64,000 nucleotides of DNA from contig JAWLHY010000004.1 in NCBI GenBank assembly GCA_041690135.1, positions 416,001 through 480,000 of the forward strand, in the 5' to 3' direction. Numbering within the stretch: the first letter of the stretch is position 1; every line of letters starts with the position of its first letter. Under the pieces are notes generated by a model. It saw only the letters and a list, made by a program, of their open reading frames with translations. It ran no database searches and was not told where the DNA came from. The translations under genes and the position numbers were made by a program. Source of the stretch: Armatimonadota bacterium (GTDB lineage Bacteria > Armatimonadota > SYMT01). Of this stretch, positions 26,794 through 37,077 are shown piece by piece.

Positions 26794-28761
26794 CTACTCG
26801 GTGATGGTCAGCGTCAGCGCCGGGGCCGTCTGGATGTTGTTGTTCAGGTTGCCCGTGATGATCACGTTCTGGGTCACCACCGGGGCGTTGGCCGCCACCG
26901 TCAGCTTGAGCACCGCCTCGTTCTGGTTCGCCGCGATCGGCTGCGGGGCGGGAGTGACGTTCGCAGGCAGGTTGGTGGGGTTCGGAATGGCGATCTGCGC
27001 CGTCTGGCCCATCTGGCGGATCGCCTTGATCTTGATGTCCACCGCCTGGCCGCGCTTCACGGTGATCGCCTTCGGCTCGATCTCCAGCGCATAAGGCTGG
27101 GCCGGCATCACGGTGGCCACGTTGAACTCCGTCTTGCGGGTCGCCGTCTGGTTGTTCTGGGCAAGCGGCGGAGTGTAGATCTCCACCGGCTCGGCCACCC
27201 GCTCTACCGGCTGGTTGTTGATGGGGGCGGTCCCGACGATCTTGATCTGGTTCATGGCCCCCGGCGCGGCGCCGGCCGCGGCGGTGAGGGTGAACTGGGT
27301 GGCGTTCTGCCCCGCGGGGATGAACGCGGGGCTGGCGGTGAGACCCGCCGGCAGGTTGTCGATCCGGAGCTGGATGGCGCCCGCGAAGCCGGCCTGGCGG
27401 GTCACGTTAACCGTAACCGCCGTCGAACCCGACTGGCCCACGTTGATGGCGTCCGGGGTCACGGTGAGGGCGAAGTCCTGTCCCCCCGGAGGGCGGATCT
27501 CCAGGCGGTAGAACACGTCTCCACCCGCGCGCGTCTCCAGGTTGCGAACCTCCACCAGGTACTCTTTGCCGGCTTCGACGTTGAACGCGAGGCGGCTGTC
27601 CTTCCCGATCGCGTCGTCGTTCGCCTGGATCTCCTTGCCGGTGGGGTCCAGGATCCGCAAGAAAGAATCGATCCGCGAGCCCAGGCGGCGGCCCAGCAGG
27701 TCGAACTGGAGGGTACCGGCGGCCGCGGGCTTGATCTTGAACAGGTCGGCATCGGTCGGTTTGTCGATCCGCCCGTTCAGCACCGCGATTCCGGAGCCGG
27801 GGACCACCGTCGCCTGCGCCGGAGCATCGTTGGGCTCGGTTTCCACCACTTCATCCAGATCGCTGGGAGTAAGGACGATGGGGTTGACCGCCATCCCCGC
27901 CGGGGTGGCGGCCGGCACGGCCACGCTGTCGCCCGCCGGAGGAATCTGCACGGCCATCGTCTTCATACCGCCCAGGTTCACGCCCTCCAGGGCCACGTCC
28001 ACCTTCTGGCCCCGCTTGCCGCCCACCGGAAGGTAGCCGGTGACTGCGGGAATCTTGCCGGCCGTCAGCTTATATACGAAGTTGCCGCCGCCCCGGAACA
28101 TGGTGTCCCGGACGTGGATCGCGTAGGTACCGGACTGCTTGAACGTGTAGATCAGGCGCGGATCACGGTCGAAGCCCTCAACCACGGTCTGGAGCGTCTT
28201 GCCGCGAGCGTCCGTTAGGGAGAGGTAGCCGTCCAGCGCCGAAGACATCTGGTAGGCGACCAGGTCGAACACGTACGTGTCGCCGGCCGTCGCCTGGAAC
28301 GTGAAAATGTCGAGGTCTTCTCCCCCGTTCACCTGTCCGTTGATCGTCAGCGGCAGCTTCTCGAGCTTCTGGGGGGTACCCACGACGTTGTTCGGCTCAA
28401 CCTCGTTGACCTCCGGGTAAGCGCCCACCCAGAGGCGCCCGGCGTTGGAAGTACCGCGAGGTGTGACGACGCGCACTTCCCGCACTCCCGGCACGGCGTT
28501 GGGTGCGATATTCAAGTTGATGGCGAGCGCCCCCGCGTTGGCGGCGTCCTTGATCTGGGCCTGGACCCCTTCTCCGGAGACCAGCACGCCGGTCGCTCCC
28601 TGGAGATTGCTGCCGCCCACGGTGACCGTCGGAGTGGTACCGGCCTGCCCGCCGGCAGGGAAAACGAAGCTGACACCGGGCACCTGGGCCGCCACCGGGC
28701 CGCAAGCCCCCACTGCGGCAGCCAGGCCTAGAGAAGCGGGTAAGTTTCTCAACCGAGACAT
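26794..28761 (-). CDS. Secreted PPC (pre-peptidase C-terminal) repeat / Ig-like protein, planctomycete type
   Basis: Signal peptide; VFPAGGQAGT, PGVREVRV, EVEPNN/ETEPND, INGQV..DLD.F.F, DPRL/DSRL; no catalytic triad seen. Confidence 0.82.
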   Translation of the reverse strand: MSRLRNLPASLGLAAAVGACGPVAAQVPGVSFVFPAGGQAGTTPTVTVGGSNLQGATGVLVSGEGVQAQIKDAANAGALAINLNIAPNAVPGVREVRVVTPRGTSNAGRLWVGAYPEVNEVEPNNVVGTPQKLEKLPLTINGQVNGGEDLDIFTFQATAGDTYVFDLVAYQMSSALDGYLSLTDARGKTLQTVVEGFDRDPRLIYTFKQSGTYAIHVRDTMFRGGGNFVYKLTAGKIPAVTGYLPVGGKRGQKVDVALEGVNLGGMKTMAVQIPPAGDSVAVPAATPAGMAVNPIVLTPSDLDEVVETEPNDAPAQATVVPGSGIAVLNGRIDKPTDADLFKIKPAAAGTLQFDLLGRRLGSRIDSFLRILDPTGKEIQANDDAIGKDSRLAFNVEAGKEYLVEVRNLETRAGGDVFYRLEIRPPGGQDFALTVTPDAINVGQSGSTAVTVNVTRQAGFAGAIQLRIDNLPAGLTASPAFIPAGQNATQFTLTAAAGAAPGAMNQIKIVGTAPINNQPVERVAEPVEIYTPPLAQNNQTATRKTEFNVATVMPAQPYALEIEPKAITVKRGQAVDIKIKAIRQMGQTAQIAIPNPTNLPANVTPAPQPIAANQNEAVLKLTVAANAPVVTQNVIITGNLNNNIQTAPALTLTITE

Positions 28762-29198
28762 AGCGGAACTCCAGTAAAGGCCCGGGCGAACGTCGGGCGG
28801 TCTAAAGAACAAGACGGGGCCAGCAGCCCCGAATGCCAACTTTTGCAGAAATATCGACTGCGCAGCCTCGCGGACCTTTGGGTCCGGGAGGCCGGGTTTG
28901 TGTACGGGACCGGCGATTATCGGATCGCGGGAAGAGGCCGTTTGTTTCATGCGAAACCGCTACAGGATTCCAACTGGGAATAGGGGCCGGAAACTCGGCA
29001 GATCCGGCGCCGATCCCGCATGACGCGGGTCAGGCGCGGGGTCCCGGAAACCAGCGCGGCATGAAAGGAGATGGAGGAACCGGAAGCGAGGGACGTCGAA
29101 GCAGGCTAGTGAGAACTCGTGACGGAACGCAATTCCCCTTCCTGTTCGCCACCGCTGGAGGCAGTTTCCTGCTGCCCCGATCGGACCTGCTAAGCGCG

Positions 29199-29996
29199 AT
29201 GAACTACGAAATCATTCCGGGCAAAGTCGCCCTCGTTACCGGCAGTACCCGCGGCCTGGGCCGCGCCATCGCTTACCGCCTCGCCACCGGCGGAGCGGAC
29301 ATCGTTCTGCACGACCTGGACCCCGCCCAGGCCGGTCGCTTCGGTGAGTCCGCGGGTCCCGAAGAAGTGATGGCGGAGATCGAATCGCTGGGCCGCCGCT
29401 GCATCATCGCCTTCGGTGATCTGACCTCGCGAGCGGCCGCCGACCAGATCGCGCAGCAGGCCCTCGAGCGCCTCGGCCGGATCGACGTGCTGGTGAACTG
29501 TGCCGGCGGCGACATCGGTGCTTCCGGTAACAAACCGGTTCCGAATGACTGCGTGGATATCCCGGACGAGGACATCCGCGTGCTGCTCGACCGCAATCTC
29601 GTTTCCGTGATGAACATGAGCCGCGCCGTGGCGCACTCCATGATGGACCGCGGCGAAGGCAGCATCATCAACATCGCCAGCAGTGCCGGCATGATGCCGT
29701 GCGACCACGGCAGCATTTACGCCGTCGCCAAGGCCGGGGTGATCCACTGGACCAAATGCCTGGCCGCTCAACTGCGCCCCCACGGCGTCACGGTGAATTC
29801 AATCAGCCCCGGACCCACCAAGTCCGCGCGCTTCCTCGCCACCCGTCACGTCGACCCGAACGACCTCACCAACGAAGGACGCCTCACCCGTCTGGGCGAA
29901 CCGGACGACATCGCTAAAGCCTGCCTCTTCTTCGCCAGCGACCTGGCAGCCTACGTTACGGGACAGAACATCGAGGTTAGCGGCAACTGCCGGTAA
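29199..29996 (+). CDS. SDR family NAD(P)-dependent oxidoreductase
   Basis: ALVTGSTRGLG, IDVLVNCAG, IINIAS, YAVAK, VNSISPG, YVTGQ. Confidence 0.93.
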   Translation: MNYEIIPGKVALVTGSTRGLGRAIAYRLATGGADIVLHDLDPAQAGRFGESAGPEEVMAEIESLGRRCIIAFGDLTSRAAADQIAQQALERLGRIDVLVNCAGGDIGASGNKPVPNDCVDIPDEDIRVLLDRNLVSVMNMSRAVAHSMMDRGEGSIINIASSAGMMPCDHGSIYAVAKAGVIHWTKCLAAQLRPHGVTVNSISPGPTKSARFLATRHVDPNDLTNEGRLTRLGEPDDIAKACLFFASDLAAYVTGQNIEVSGNCR

Positions 29997-30078
29997 CATG
30001 GTTATCCGCTGCCGGTCACAGCCACCTGGGGGAACGGGAGTGTGGGGGTGTGGGGGTAGGGGTGGGATGTGCGGGAGA

Positions 30079-30618
30079 ATGGGAGCGCCGCTGACCCGAT
30101 ACCTCTTCCTGTTCACCTTCGCTATGTGGATCACGGTGCTCCCAGCCGGGGCGGTGATTACGCGCCTCTACCCGCTGGCGGACGTGATTGCCGGCGCGGA
30201 CACCATCGTGGTGGCCCGAATAACGACGCGTGATACCCGGCAACAAACAGCCGGCCTCAAGGTAACGGAGGCGCTGAAGGGGAAGCCTGCGGGCGCCACA
30301 TTCCGGGTCCGCCTCGCGGGCGCCAACGATAAAACGCAGGCGCCCGTTCTCCTTCAGCGCCTCAAACCCGGCCGCACGGTGATCCTGTTCGGCAAGGCCC
30401 GAAAGTTCACCCTGGGCTACGTCGAAGGAACGTGGTTCCGGCTGGCGGAACCGACCGGACCCGCCCAACCCTGGCAGTTCGTGCACCTGGAGGTCTATCT
30501 CCGCCGGACTTTCCGCGGTGCCGGCGCCGAGCTGCAGCGGACCGTGGTCGGGGTGCTGAACGGTAAGATGAAGGCGCCCGCACCGGATGCCAGTGTTAAA
30601 CCGGGTTACGGCAACTGA
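30079..30618 (+). CDS. Secreted hypothetical protein
   Basis: Signal peptide; PLADVIAGADTIVVARI...VTEALKG beta-rich pattern. Confidence 0.7.
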   Translation: MGAPLTRYLFLFTFAMWITVLPAGAVITRLYPLADVIAGADTIVVARITTRDTRQQTAGLKVTEALKGKPAGATFRVRLAGANDKTQAPVLLQRLKPGRTVILFGKARKFTLGYVEGTWFRLAEPTGPAQPWQFVHLEVYLRRTFRGAGAELQRTVVGVLNGKMKAPAPDASVKPGYGN

Positions 30619-30658
30619 TACCCCGCCCCACCGGATTTGGAAAAGAAAGGGAAACTGG

Positions 30659-31039
30659 ATGGAACAGCGATTGGAAGAGCTCGAACGCCGCCTGACCGTT
30701 GCGGAGCAGCGGACCGCACAGGCCGAACGGCAGGTCAGGTCCCTACGGCTGGCCGGCCTGGCCCTACTGGCGACGGGGGGCGCCCTGCTCGCCGCGCGCC
30801 CGGGACTGACCCAGGCGAAGAGCAAACCGATCAAGGTCACCAAGGTCACCGCCCCGTTCCAGGTGGTGGACGCCAGCGGTAGGCTGATGATGCTGGTGGA
30901 GTCCGGCCGCCCGGGCACTTCGCTGCAACTCTTCGACTCCGCCGGGCGGCCCGTGGTGGTGCTCGGCAACGGAGAGAAGGGGGGAGGCAAGGTGAGCGTC
31001 AGCGACCGGACCGGTAAAGTGGTCTTCACCAAACCCTGA
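30659..31039 (+). CDS. Hypothetical protein (coiled coil, TM, beta-hairpins)
   Basis: AAAGGG RBS; MEQRLEELERRL; APFQVVDASGR / LFDSAGR / DRTGK turns. Confidence 0.7.
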   Translation: MEQRLEELERRLTVAEQRTAQAERQVRSLRLAGLALLATGGALLAARPGLTQAKSKPIKVTKVTAPFQVVDASGRLMMLVESGRPGTSLQLFDSAGRPVVVLGNGEKGGGKVSVSDRTGKVVFTKP

Positions 31040-31183
31040 ACCGCAGAAGCATTTCCCACCTCGACCGCAATAGAACACGGAAGCAGGCGGAGAGGGTGCA
31101 ATTCTCCGCCTTTCTTTACCCTTTTTTCCGCGCCATTCCGCGTTTTCCGCGGGCATAACCGGTTCCCTACTCCGCCGACCTGG

Positions 31184-31567
31184 TCAGCGCCCTTCGACGG
31201 CGTGCCGCGCCATCTCCGGCACCTCCTCGATATCGGCGTTGGGGTCCCCAAACATCTCGTACTCGTAGTCCACGGTGATGCGAGTCCGCCCCGTCCCGGC
31301 CGGCTCGAAACGCGCCTGACCGCTGTTCGGCAATCCGGAGACGCTCCGCCAAGCGATCGTGTGGTCGCGCTCCCGGACGGAGATGTCGGCGATCCAGTCG
31401 AAGCGCTGTCCGTTCACCTCGGTCACGAACTCCGCCGCTTCATCGCTGAGACGGCGGGCTTCCTTCAACTCCGGCGCCCACTGCTTCAAGTTCTCCAGGT
31501 CCGCCCACTGGCGAAAGACAAAATCGACCGGGCCGTCGACCTCAAAACTCTTACTGTCCCTTGGCAT
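31184..31567 (-). CDS. SRPBCC / polyketide cyclase family protein
   Basis: VDGPVDFVFRQWADLENL, WIADI, IAWRSVSGLPNSG..RF...TRITV; GGAGG RBS. Confidence 0.88.
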   Translation of the reverse strand: MPRDSKSFEVDGPVDFVFRQWADLENLKQWAPELKEARRLSDEAAEFVTEVNGQRFDWIADISVRERDHTIAWRSVSGLPNSGQARFEPAGTGRTRITVDYEYEMFGDPNADIEEVPEMARHAVEGR

Positions 31568-31641
31568 ATTCCCTCCTGTGGGGTGCATTCCGCACCCCAC
31601 AGGAGCTTTACCCGGGCGGGTGGCGCATCAATCGGAAGGAA

Positions 31642-31801
31642 AAGTGATCCGCGAATGAGACGAACAGGAATGAGCGCGGGAGTCTCGCCCGCCGGATGAC
31701 GAAGTGATCCGCGAATGAGACGAACAGGAATGAGCGCGGGAGTCTCGCCCGCCGGATGACGAAGTGATCCGCGAATGAGGCGAATGAGGCGAATGAAGCG
31801 A
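31642..31801. repeat. Perfect 60-bp tandem repeat (2.3 copies) containing a REP-like palindrome, then 9-mer repeats
   Basis: 31642-31701 equals 31702-31761; related to the 26701-26785 unit in opposite orientation. Confidence 0.92.
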
Positions 31802-31819
31802 AGGGGTAAGGCGTCCGGG

Positions 31820-32202
31820 CCGGCAGGCATTCAGGCGGTCAGCCATTCAGGCCGTCAGGCATTCGGGCATCCGGACAGTCAGGCATTGCCCACGGCAGTC
31901 ATGGCGAGGAGCGAGAGACCAGAAGTAACTTCCCCAAACCCGATGAGCCCCATGTCGAAGCATCTAGCTCACCGAACCCGATCCCGTAAGCGACGTGGCC
32001 ATCCCCCTGGTCAGGACACCCGGCATTACACGCTACTCTTTATCCTCATCCTTATCCATCCCGCCCCCTGGTCCGGGCACCCGTCCTTACTCGGGATCCT
32101 TATCCTTATCCACTCCACATCCTTATCCACTCCGCCCCCTGGTCAGGGCACCCGTGATGGGCTCAGCCCGTTTACCCTAATCGTAATCCTAGTCCTAATC
32201 CA
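31820..32202. repeat. Degenerate 8-mer (GCATTCAG) and hexamer (CTTATC) tandem repeats with repeated CCGCCCCCTGGTC
   Basis: Seen directly in intergenic sequence. Confidence 0.7.
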
Positions 32203-33309
32203 TCATGCGGCCTGCTTCTCCTCCACCAGGGAAGCCGGCGGGTCCAGCTCGTTCTCGTCGTACCAGCGGAGCGGGTCGTGCATCAGCACGGAGACCATGT
32301 TCGGCAGCATCGCGGGGAGACGGAACTGCGGCGCCCAGTCCAGCAGCGTCCGCGCACGGCGGCAGTCCAGTTCGTAATGGTCATCCGCGTGGTCGATCAT
32401 CCACGGCTTGATGAACGTCTCGCGGCTGGTCGGAAGGTGCTCCTGGATCCACGCGCCGGCGCGTGCCACCGCGGGCGGAATGATCTGGACCTCTTCCTCT
32501 CGGCCCAGCAATAGCCGGCTCACTTCTTCCTGGATCTCTTGATACGAGACCGGCTCATCCTCTCCCAGCAGGAGGATCGTCTCCCGTGGCAGATCGTTGC
32601 GGCGATCGATAACCCGGACCAGGGCCTCGACCAGGTCCTCCTGCTGCAGGTACGTCATGCCATGCAGCGGGTTGCCGGCGAAGAAGTGGCCGGACAACTG
32701 GCGCTCGTAGATCCGCTGAAAGTGCCGGGCCAGCACCGGGTGGCGACAGAACTCGTCGTAGACCGACGCAATCCGCGCGACGACCAGGGGCATATCTCCC
32801 CGGTGGGAGAGAAGGAGTCGCTCCGCTTCCAGCTTGGAGCGCGGATAACCCCAGTCGCGGTTCGTGGTGAACGGCGAAGTCTCGTGGATTCGCTCCCCCG
32901 GCTCCGTGGGCGCGTGAACCATCATCGTGCTGGCAAACAGGAACTGTTCGACCTTGAAGTCGCGCAGGCCCCGCACCAATCGCCAGGTGCCCCTCACGTT
33001 GACTTCATCGTAGAGCGGATGCCGCTGTCCCGAGAAATCGTAGTAGGCGGCCAGGTGGACCACCGAAGCGATGCGGTTCCCGTAACACTCGCGGACATAA
33101 GCCAGGGCTTCCTGCACCCGGGTCTCATCCGCCAGGTCCACGGTAACGCAGTCCGCCACATGCAGGGCGCAGTTGCCCGGCCGGCGGTCGAAGCCCACCA
33201 CGCGGTACCGTTCGTGCAGCCGTTCCGTCAACCGGCTCCCGATCCGGCCGCTGCTGCCGGTGATGATGATGATGTCTTTGTTCTCTTCCATCTTCCGTGG
33301 GCTCTCCAC
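32203..33309 (-). CDS. NAD-dependent epimerase/dehydratase (extended SDR)
   Basis: IITGSSGRIG, VVHLAAYYDF, VNVRGT, FAST, YPRSK. Confidence 0.9.
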   Translation of the reverse strand: MESPRKMEENKDIIIITGSSGRIGSRLTERLHERYRVVGFDRRPGNCALHVADCVTVDLADETRVQEALAYVRECYGNRIASVVHLAAYYDFSGQRHPLYDEVNVRGTWRLVRGLRDFKVEQFLFASTMMVHAPTEPGERIHETSPFTTNRDWGYPRSKLEAERLLLSHRGDMPLVVARIASVYDEFCRHPVLARHFQRIYERQLSGHFFAGNPLHGMTYLQQEDLVEALVRVIDRRNDLPRETILLLGEDEPVSYQEIQEEVSRLLLGREEEVQIIPPAVARAGAWIQEHLPTSRETFIKPWMIDHADDHYELDCRRARTLLDWAPQFRLPAMLPNMVSVLMHDPLRWYDENELDPPASLVEEKQAA

Positions 33310-33312
33310 GCC

Positions 33313-33774
33313 CTACTGGGGAATGGACTTACGGGTGCGGTCGAGCAGCTTGGTCAGGATCTGGAAGAAGAGGCCACCAGCCGCCACCGCGAATACCAGC
33401 ATCACGACGCGCGCCAGGGTTGGGGCGGCGATCCAGAAGAAGCTGAGCAGCGTGGCGATCCAGACACCCGTACACCACGGACAGAGGATCAACTCGCCGG
33501 CCACGCGCCGCAGGCCTCTCCCCCGCGGCACTTCCTCTTCCTCCCACGACCCGTCCGGCTGCTCCACCCGCACCTTTTCACAGAACGGCGCCCGCAAGGC
33601 ACTGGCCACCTTCTCTTCCGTGATGATCTCCGTGACCCGGAAGGTCGCCAGGCTCAGCAGAAGCACGTCTATCAATTCGACCTCCTGCGGCCACGGGAGG
33701 TTCCCCGCCCGCATAAACGACAGGAAGAGCCCCCAGAGCACGATATAGGTTGTTAGAAAGAAGCCGTACTGCAT
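33313..33774 (-). CDS. DUF1360 family membrane protein
   Basis: LATFRVT.II..EKV...LRAPF, GELILCPWCTGVW. Confidence 0.88.
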   Translation of the reverse strand: MQYGFFLTTYIVLWGLFLSFMRAGNLPWPQEVELIDVLLLSLATFRVTEIITEEKVASALRAPFCEKVRVEQPDGSWEEEEVPRGRGLRRVAGELILCPWCTGVWIATLLSFFWIAAPTLARVVMLVFAVAAGGLFFQILTKLLDRTRKSIPQ

Positions 33775-33868
33775 CGGTTCGCCCGCGCCCCCGTGAAACC
33801 CGGATCTCGCCTCCCTTTCATCCCCAGAACCGAGGCGGGATCAATCAGGATGGGGCATACTGGGAACG

Positions 33869-35326
33869 ATGTTGACCCAGGACGACGTGCTCTACATGAT
33901 CGTCACCGACCGCTTTGCGGATGGTGACCCCGCCAACAACGGCCGGACCGACCGCTCTTCCCTGACCGCCCGCCACGGGGGCGACCTGATCGGGATCGTG
34001 CACCGGATGCCGTACCTCCGCGACCTGGGCGTGACCGCGCTTTGGATCACCCCGGTCTACCAGAACGATCCCACGGGCTATCACGGCTACCACCCGAACG
34101 ACTTCGAGAAGGTCGATCCCCACCTCTGCAGCCCGGAACTGGGGCCGGTGGGGAGCCGCGAGGCCTTCCGACGGTTCGTGGAGCTGGCACACGCCTACGG
34201 CCTCAAAGTGGTCCTGGACCTGGTGGTCAACCACACGGGGCCCGACCATCCCTGGGTAAAAGAGCGCCCCGGCTGGTTCAACGCACCGGGCAGCACCATC
34301 GAGAAGGCGTGGCTGTGGGACCTCCCGGACCTCAACCACGACGAGGTGGACGTTAACACCTACTTCGTCCGCAATGTGCTGGAGTGGATCAACGAAACGG
34401 AGGTCGACGCCATCCGGATCGACGCCGTCCGCCACGTGGAGAGCCAATTCTGGCACCTCTTCAAGCTCTTCGCCCACGGCTGCCGCCCGGACTGCACCCT
34501 CCTGGGCGAGGTGTGGGACCCGGACGTTTCCCGCGTGGCGCCGTTCCAGACCCGCCACGGGTTCGACGCGATGTTCGACTTCCCGCTCCAGATGGCGCTG
34601 GAGGACGTTTTCGTCCGCGACCAGCCGTTCCACCGGATCGCCCGCCCGGAGCTAGCCGACAGGGAGCCGGAGGGCATCCTCAACATGGACAAGGCGTACC
34701 GGAACGCCTACCAGTTGGTCACCTTCCTGGAGAACCACGACACGCCGCGCTTCTACCACCTCGCCGGAAGTGAGGTGAACCCGGAAGAAGCGGAGGCCCG
34801 GACCCGCCTGGCCCTCGCCTTCCTGTTCACCACGCGCGGTATTCCCCAGCTTTACTACGGGTCGGAGCTGTTGCTGGAGGGCGGACCGCACCCGGACAAC
34901 CGGCGCGACATGCCGTGGGAGCGCCTCCACGCCGCCGATGCGGAGGGAACCCGGGCTCGGAAGATGCTCGCCTACGTCCGGCAGCTCATCCGCTTGCGCA
35001 AAACGAGCCGGGCCCTGAAATACGGAGCGCTGGTGACGCTGTACCTCACGCCCACCTTCTACGCCTTCGCGCGCGCCTACGCCGACGACGCCCGCCTGGT
35101 CGCGCTCAACAATGCCGCGGAGCCGGTGGAAGTCACCATCCCGATCCACGCCAACACCCGGCTGCCAACCCTCGCCCGGGAAGCGGCCCGTAACGGCCTC
35201 CCCCTGGTGAACGACCTGGACCCCGCGGACGTGGTGCGGATCGAGAACGGCAGCATTACCGTCCGCCTTGCCGCACGCTCCGCCGCCATCTATCGGCCCA
35301 TCTACCAGGGCGAATTCCTGGGCTGA
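33869..35326 (+). CDS. Alpha-amylase family glycoside hydrolase (GH13)
   Basis: YMIVTDRFADGD, HGGDL.GI, YHGY, DLVVNH, IRIDAVRH, GEVW, FLENHD, RGIPQLYYG. Confidence 0.95.
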   Translation: MLTQDDVLYMIVTDRFADGDPANNGRTDRSSLTARHGGDLIGIVHRMPYLRDLGVTALWITPVYQNDPTGYHGYHPNDFEKVDPHLCSPELGPVGSREAFRRFVELAHAYGLKVVLDLVVNHTGPDHPWVKERPGWFNAPGSTIEKAWLWDLPDLNHDEVDVNTYFVRNVLEWINETEVDAIRIDAVRHVESQFWHLFKLFAHGCRPDCTLLGEVWDPDVSRVAPFQTRHGFDAMFDFPLQMALEDVFVRDQPFHRIARPELADREPEGILNMDKAYRNAYQLVTFLENHDTPRFYHLAGSEVNPEEAEARTRLALAFLFTTRGIPQLYYGSELLLEGGPHPDNRRDMPWERLHAADAEGTRARKMLAYVRQLIRLRKTSRALKYGALVTLYLTPTFYAFARAYADDARLVALNNAAEPVEVTIPIHANTRLPTLAREAARNGLPLVNDLDPADVVRIENGSITVRLAARSAAIYRPIYQGEFLG

Positions 35327-35363
35327 TTCCCGGCCGGACGTGCCTCAACTGGGTCCGCTCTCC

Positions 35364-36329
35364 CTACTTCACCAGCCAGCGGAAGATGCGGAACAACAAC
35401 CCCGGCCTTCCGTTCCCCTCCGTACCCCCGCCGGCCGGACGGCGAGGCCGTGATTGCGATCCGGCGGGCGGCGGCTCCACCTCAATCTCATCCGACATGT
35501 CGGCGTAGTCCTCGTGTTCGGAGGCGTAGTCGTCCTCCCGGCCGGGGATCGGGCGGATCGTTTTGCCGTCGGAAGTCAGGTAGGCGCCGCTCCACGCCTC
35601 ACAGGCGGTATGCTCCACCGGCTGGATGTACGCGGCTTCCTGGAAAGAAAGGTCGTGGAACCGCACCCGCCCCAGCTTCTCCCGCAGGTCCAGAGGAAGC
35701 TGCTCCAGCCGGACCGGCTCCCGCGGCTGGCGATCCCGACCGTACGCGCCGGCGACCCAGTTGTCCGTGAGGTGCGTGTAAGAGAAGAAACCGTACTTCG
35801 CCAGGTGCGCGCTGCCGACCTCATCCTCCTCCGGCTCGTCGTCATCCGCCTCGGCGTAGTGGTAGGTGCAGAATCGGCAGGCGCCGTCCGCGTGCAGCCG
35901 CTCGAACGTCGCCTTCCGGATCCGCCGCCACACGACCGCCACCCCTTCCGTGGCGTGGACCTCGTACAGTTCCCCGCGGCGCAGCTCCTCCTCCACGGGC
36001 GCCAGCGAGTCCAGGAACATCAGCAGGTCGTCCAGGCTCTCCCCGTTGCCGAAGTAGGAGCGGTGCTGTTCGCCCACCCCTCTCCCGGGCGCCCGGCCAG
36101 GAGCGGGGTCCAGCCGCTCCCCCGTGCGCGGCAGCGCCTTCGCCACCCGGCTCGTGACGTCTTCTTCCTGATCCGTCAGCGCCTCGCTCGGCACTGCGCC
36201 GGCTTCGCCACTCTCAAAGTAGGCGACGAACCCGTCCCGGTCCACCGCGAACCAGGTGGTGTCCATGCTGTGCGCGGCCGGGTATTCCGCCTCCGCCGGG
36301 TACTCCGGCGCCCCCAGGTCATCCGCCAT
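35364..36329 (-). CDS. Conserved hypothetical acidic protein
   Basis: YPAAHSMDTTWFAVDRDG.VA.F.SGEAGAVP; start overlaps the radical SAM stop; GGAGG RBS. Confidence 0.75.
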   Translation of the reverse strand: MADDLGAPEYPAEAEYPAAHSMDTTWFAVDRDGFVAYFESGEAGAVPSEALTDQEEDVTSRVAKALPRTGERLDPAPGRAPGRGVGEQHRSYFGNGESLDDLLMFLDSLAPVEEELRRGELYEVHATEGVAVVWRRIRKATFERLHADGACRFCTYHYAEADDDEPEEDEVGSAHLAKYGFFSYTHLTDNWVAGAYGRDRQPREPVRLEQLPLDLREKLGRVRFHDLSFQEAAYIQPVEHTACEAWSGAYLTSDGKTIRPIPGREDDYASEHEDYADMSDEIEVEPPPAGSQSRPRRPAGGGTEGNGRPGLLFRIFRWLVK

Positions 36330-37077
36330 CCGTCCCTCCGCAAAAGGCCAGGCCCAATCCATCCAGGCAACTCAATAAGCCCGCATACGTAAGATCCGGA
36401 AGCGGGCGCCGGGTTTCGGTGTAAGAACACCAGGCCACCGACCGGTCCCACCGGAGGGAGCAGAACCGCGGGCTGGGGCCGCACTGCAGCAGGCAGGTCA
36501 TCGACTGAAAGCGGTCGTCGCCCGCCACCTCCGCCAGCTCGCGCGGGGTGGGGGTGTCCTGCCCCCGCATCGGCAGGTAAACGATCCGGTCGTTCCCGAT
36601 CCCGGCTTCCCGCACCCGCAGCGCCGCCACCCGGGCCGCCTCCAGCCGCGAGCGCTGCACCAGGAAGTTCACCCCGCTGCGGACGCCCCGCTCCGACAGC
36701 GCCCGCACCTGCCGGATCACCCGCCGCACCTCCGCCTCCCGCTCCGGGAAGTGGATAGAAACGTGCACCTTCTCCGGCGCCGCCGCCACGATCCGCTCCA
36801 GCATCGCCTCGTTCAGCAGCAGCCCATTCGTCGTCAGCGACCGGAACAACCGCCCCCGCAGCCCTTCCAGCACGGGGAACAGCTCCGGGTACTGCAGCGG
36901 CTCCCCACCCCCGAACGACACCGCCCGCACCCCGTTCGCGGCGCAGTCTCCCACGAACGCGACCAGTTCCTCCGCCGCCCAGCCCGTCGTCCCCGCCGGG
37001 TGGCTGTGGTTGTAGCAAAACCAGCACGCCTTCGCGCACTGGTTGGTCACCTCAATCGAGATCCGCTCCACTTGCAC
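36319..37077 (-). CDS. Radical SAM protein
   Basis: EVTNQCAKACWFCY (CxxxCxxC), SFGGGEPL, TTNG; extra C-terminal Cys; AGGAGG plus GTG. Confidence 0.92.
   Translation of the reverse strand: MQVERISIEVTNQCAKACWFCYNHSHPAGTTGWAAEELVAFVGDCAANGVRAVSFGGGEPLQYPELFPVLEGLRGRLFRSLTTNGLLLNEAMLERIVAAAPEKVHVSIHFPEREAEVRRVIRQVRALSERGVRSGVNFLVQRSRLEAARVAALRVREAGIGNDRIVYLPMRGQDTPTPRELAEVAGDDRFQSMTCLLQCGPSPRFCSLRWDRSVAWCSYTETRRPLPDLTYAGLLSCLDGLGLAFCGGTDGG

Noticed and set aside
28775-28840. c-di-GMP-I riboswitch-like GGTCTAA segment (also GGCAAA near 37996)
   Set aside because: The GNRA P2 stem and GACGCAAA junction are missing, and the orientation does not fit.
31642-31801. Possible CRISPR array
   Set aside because: The 60-bp units are identical throughout, so there are no unique spacers; only ~2.3 copies; no cas genes.
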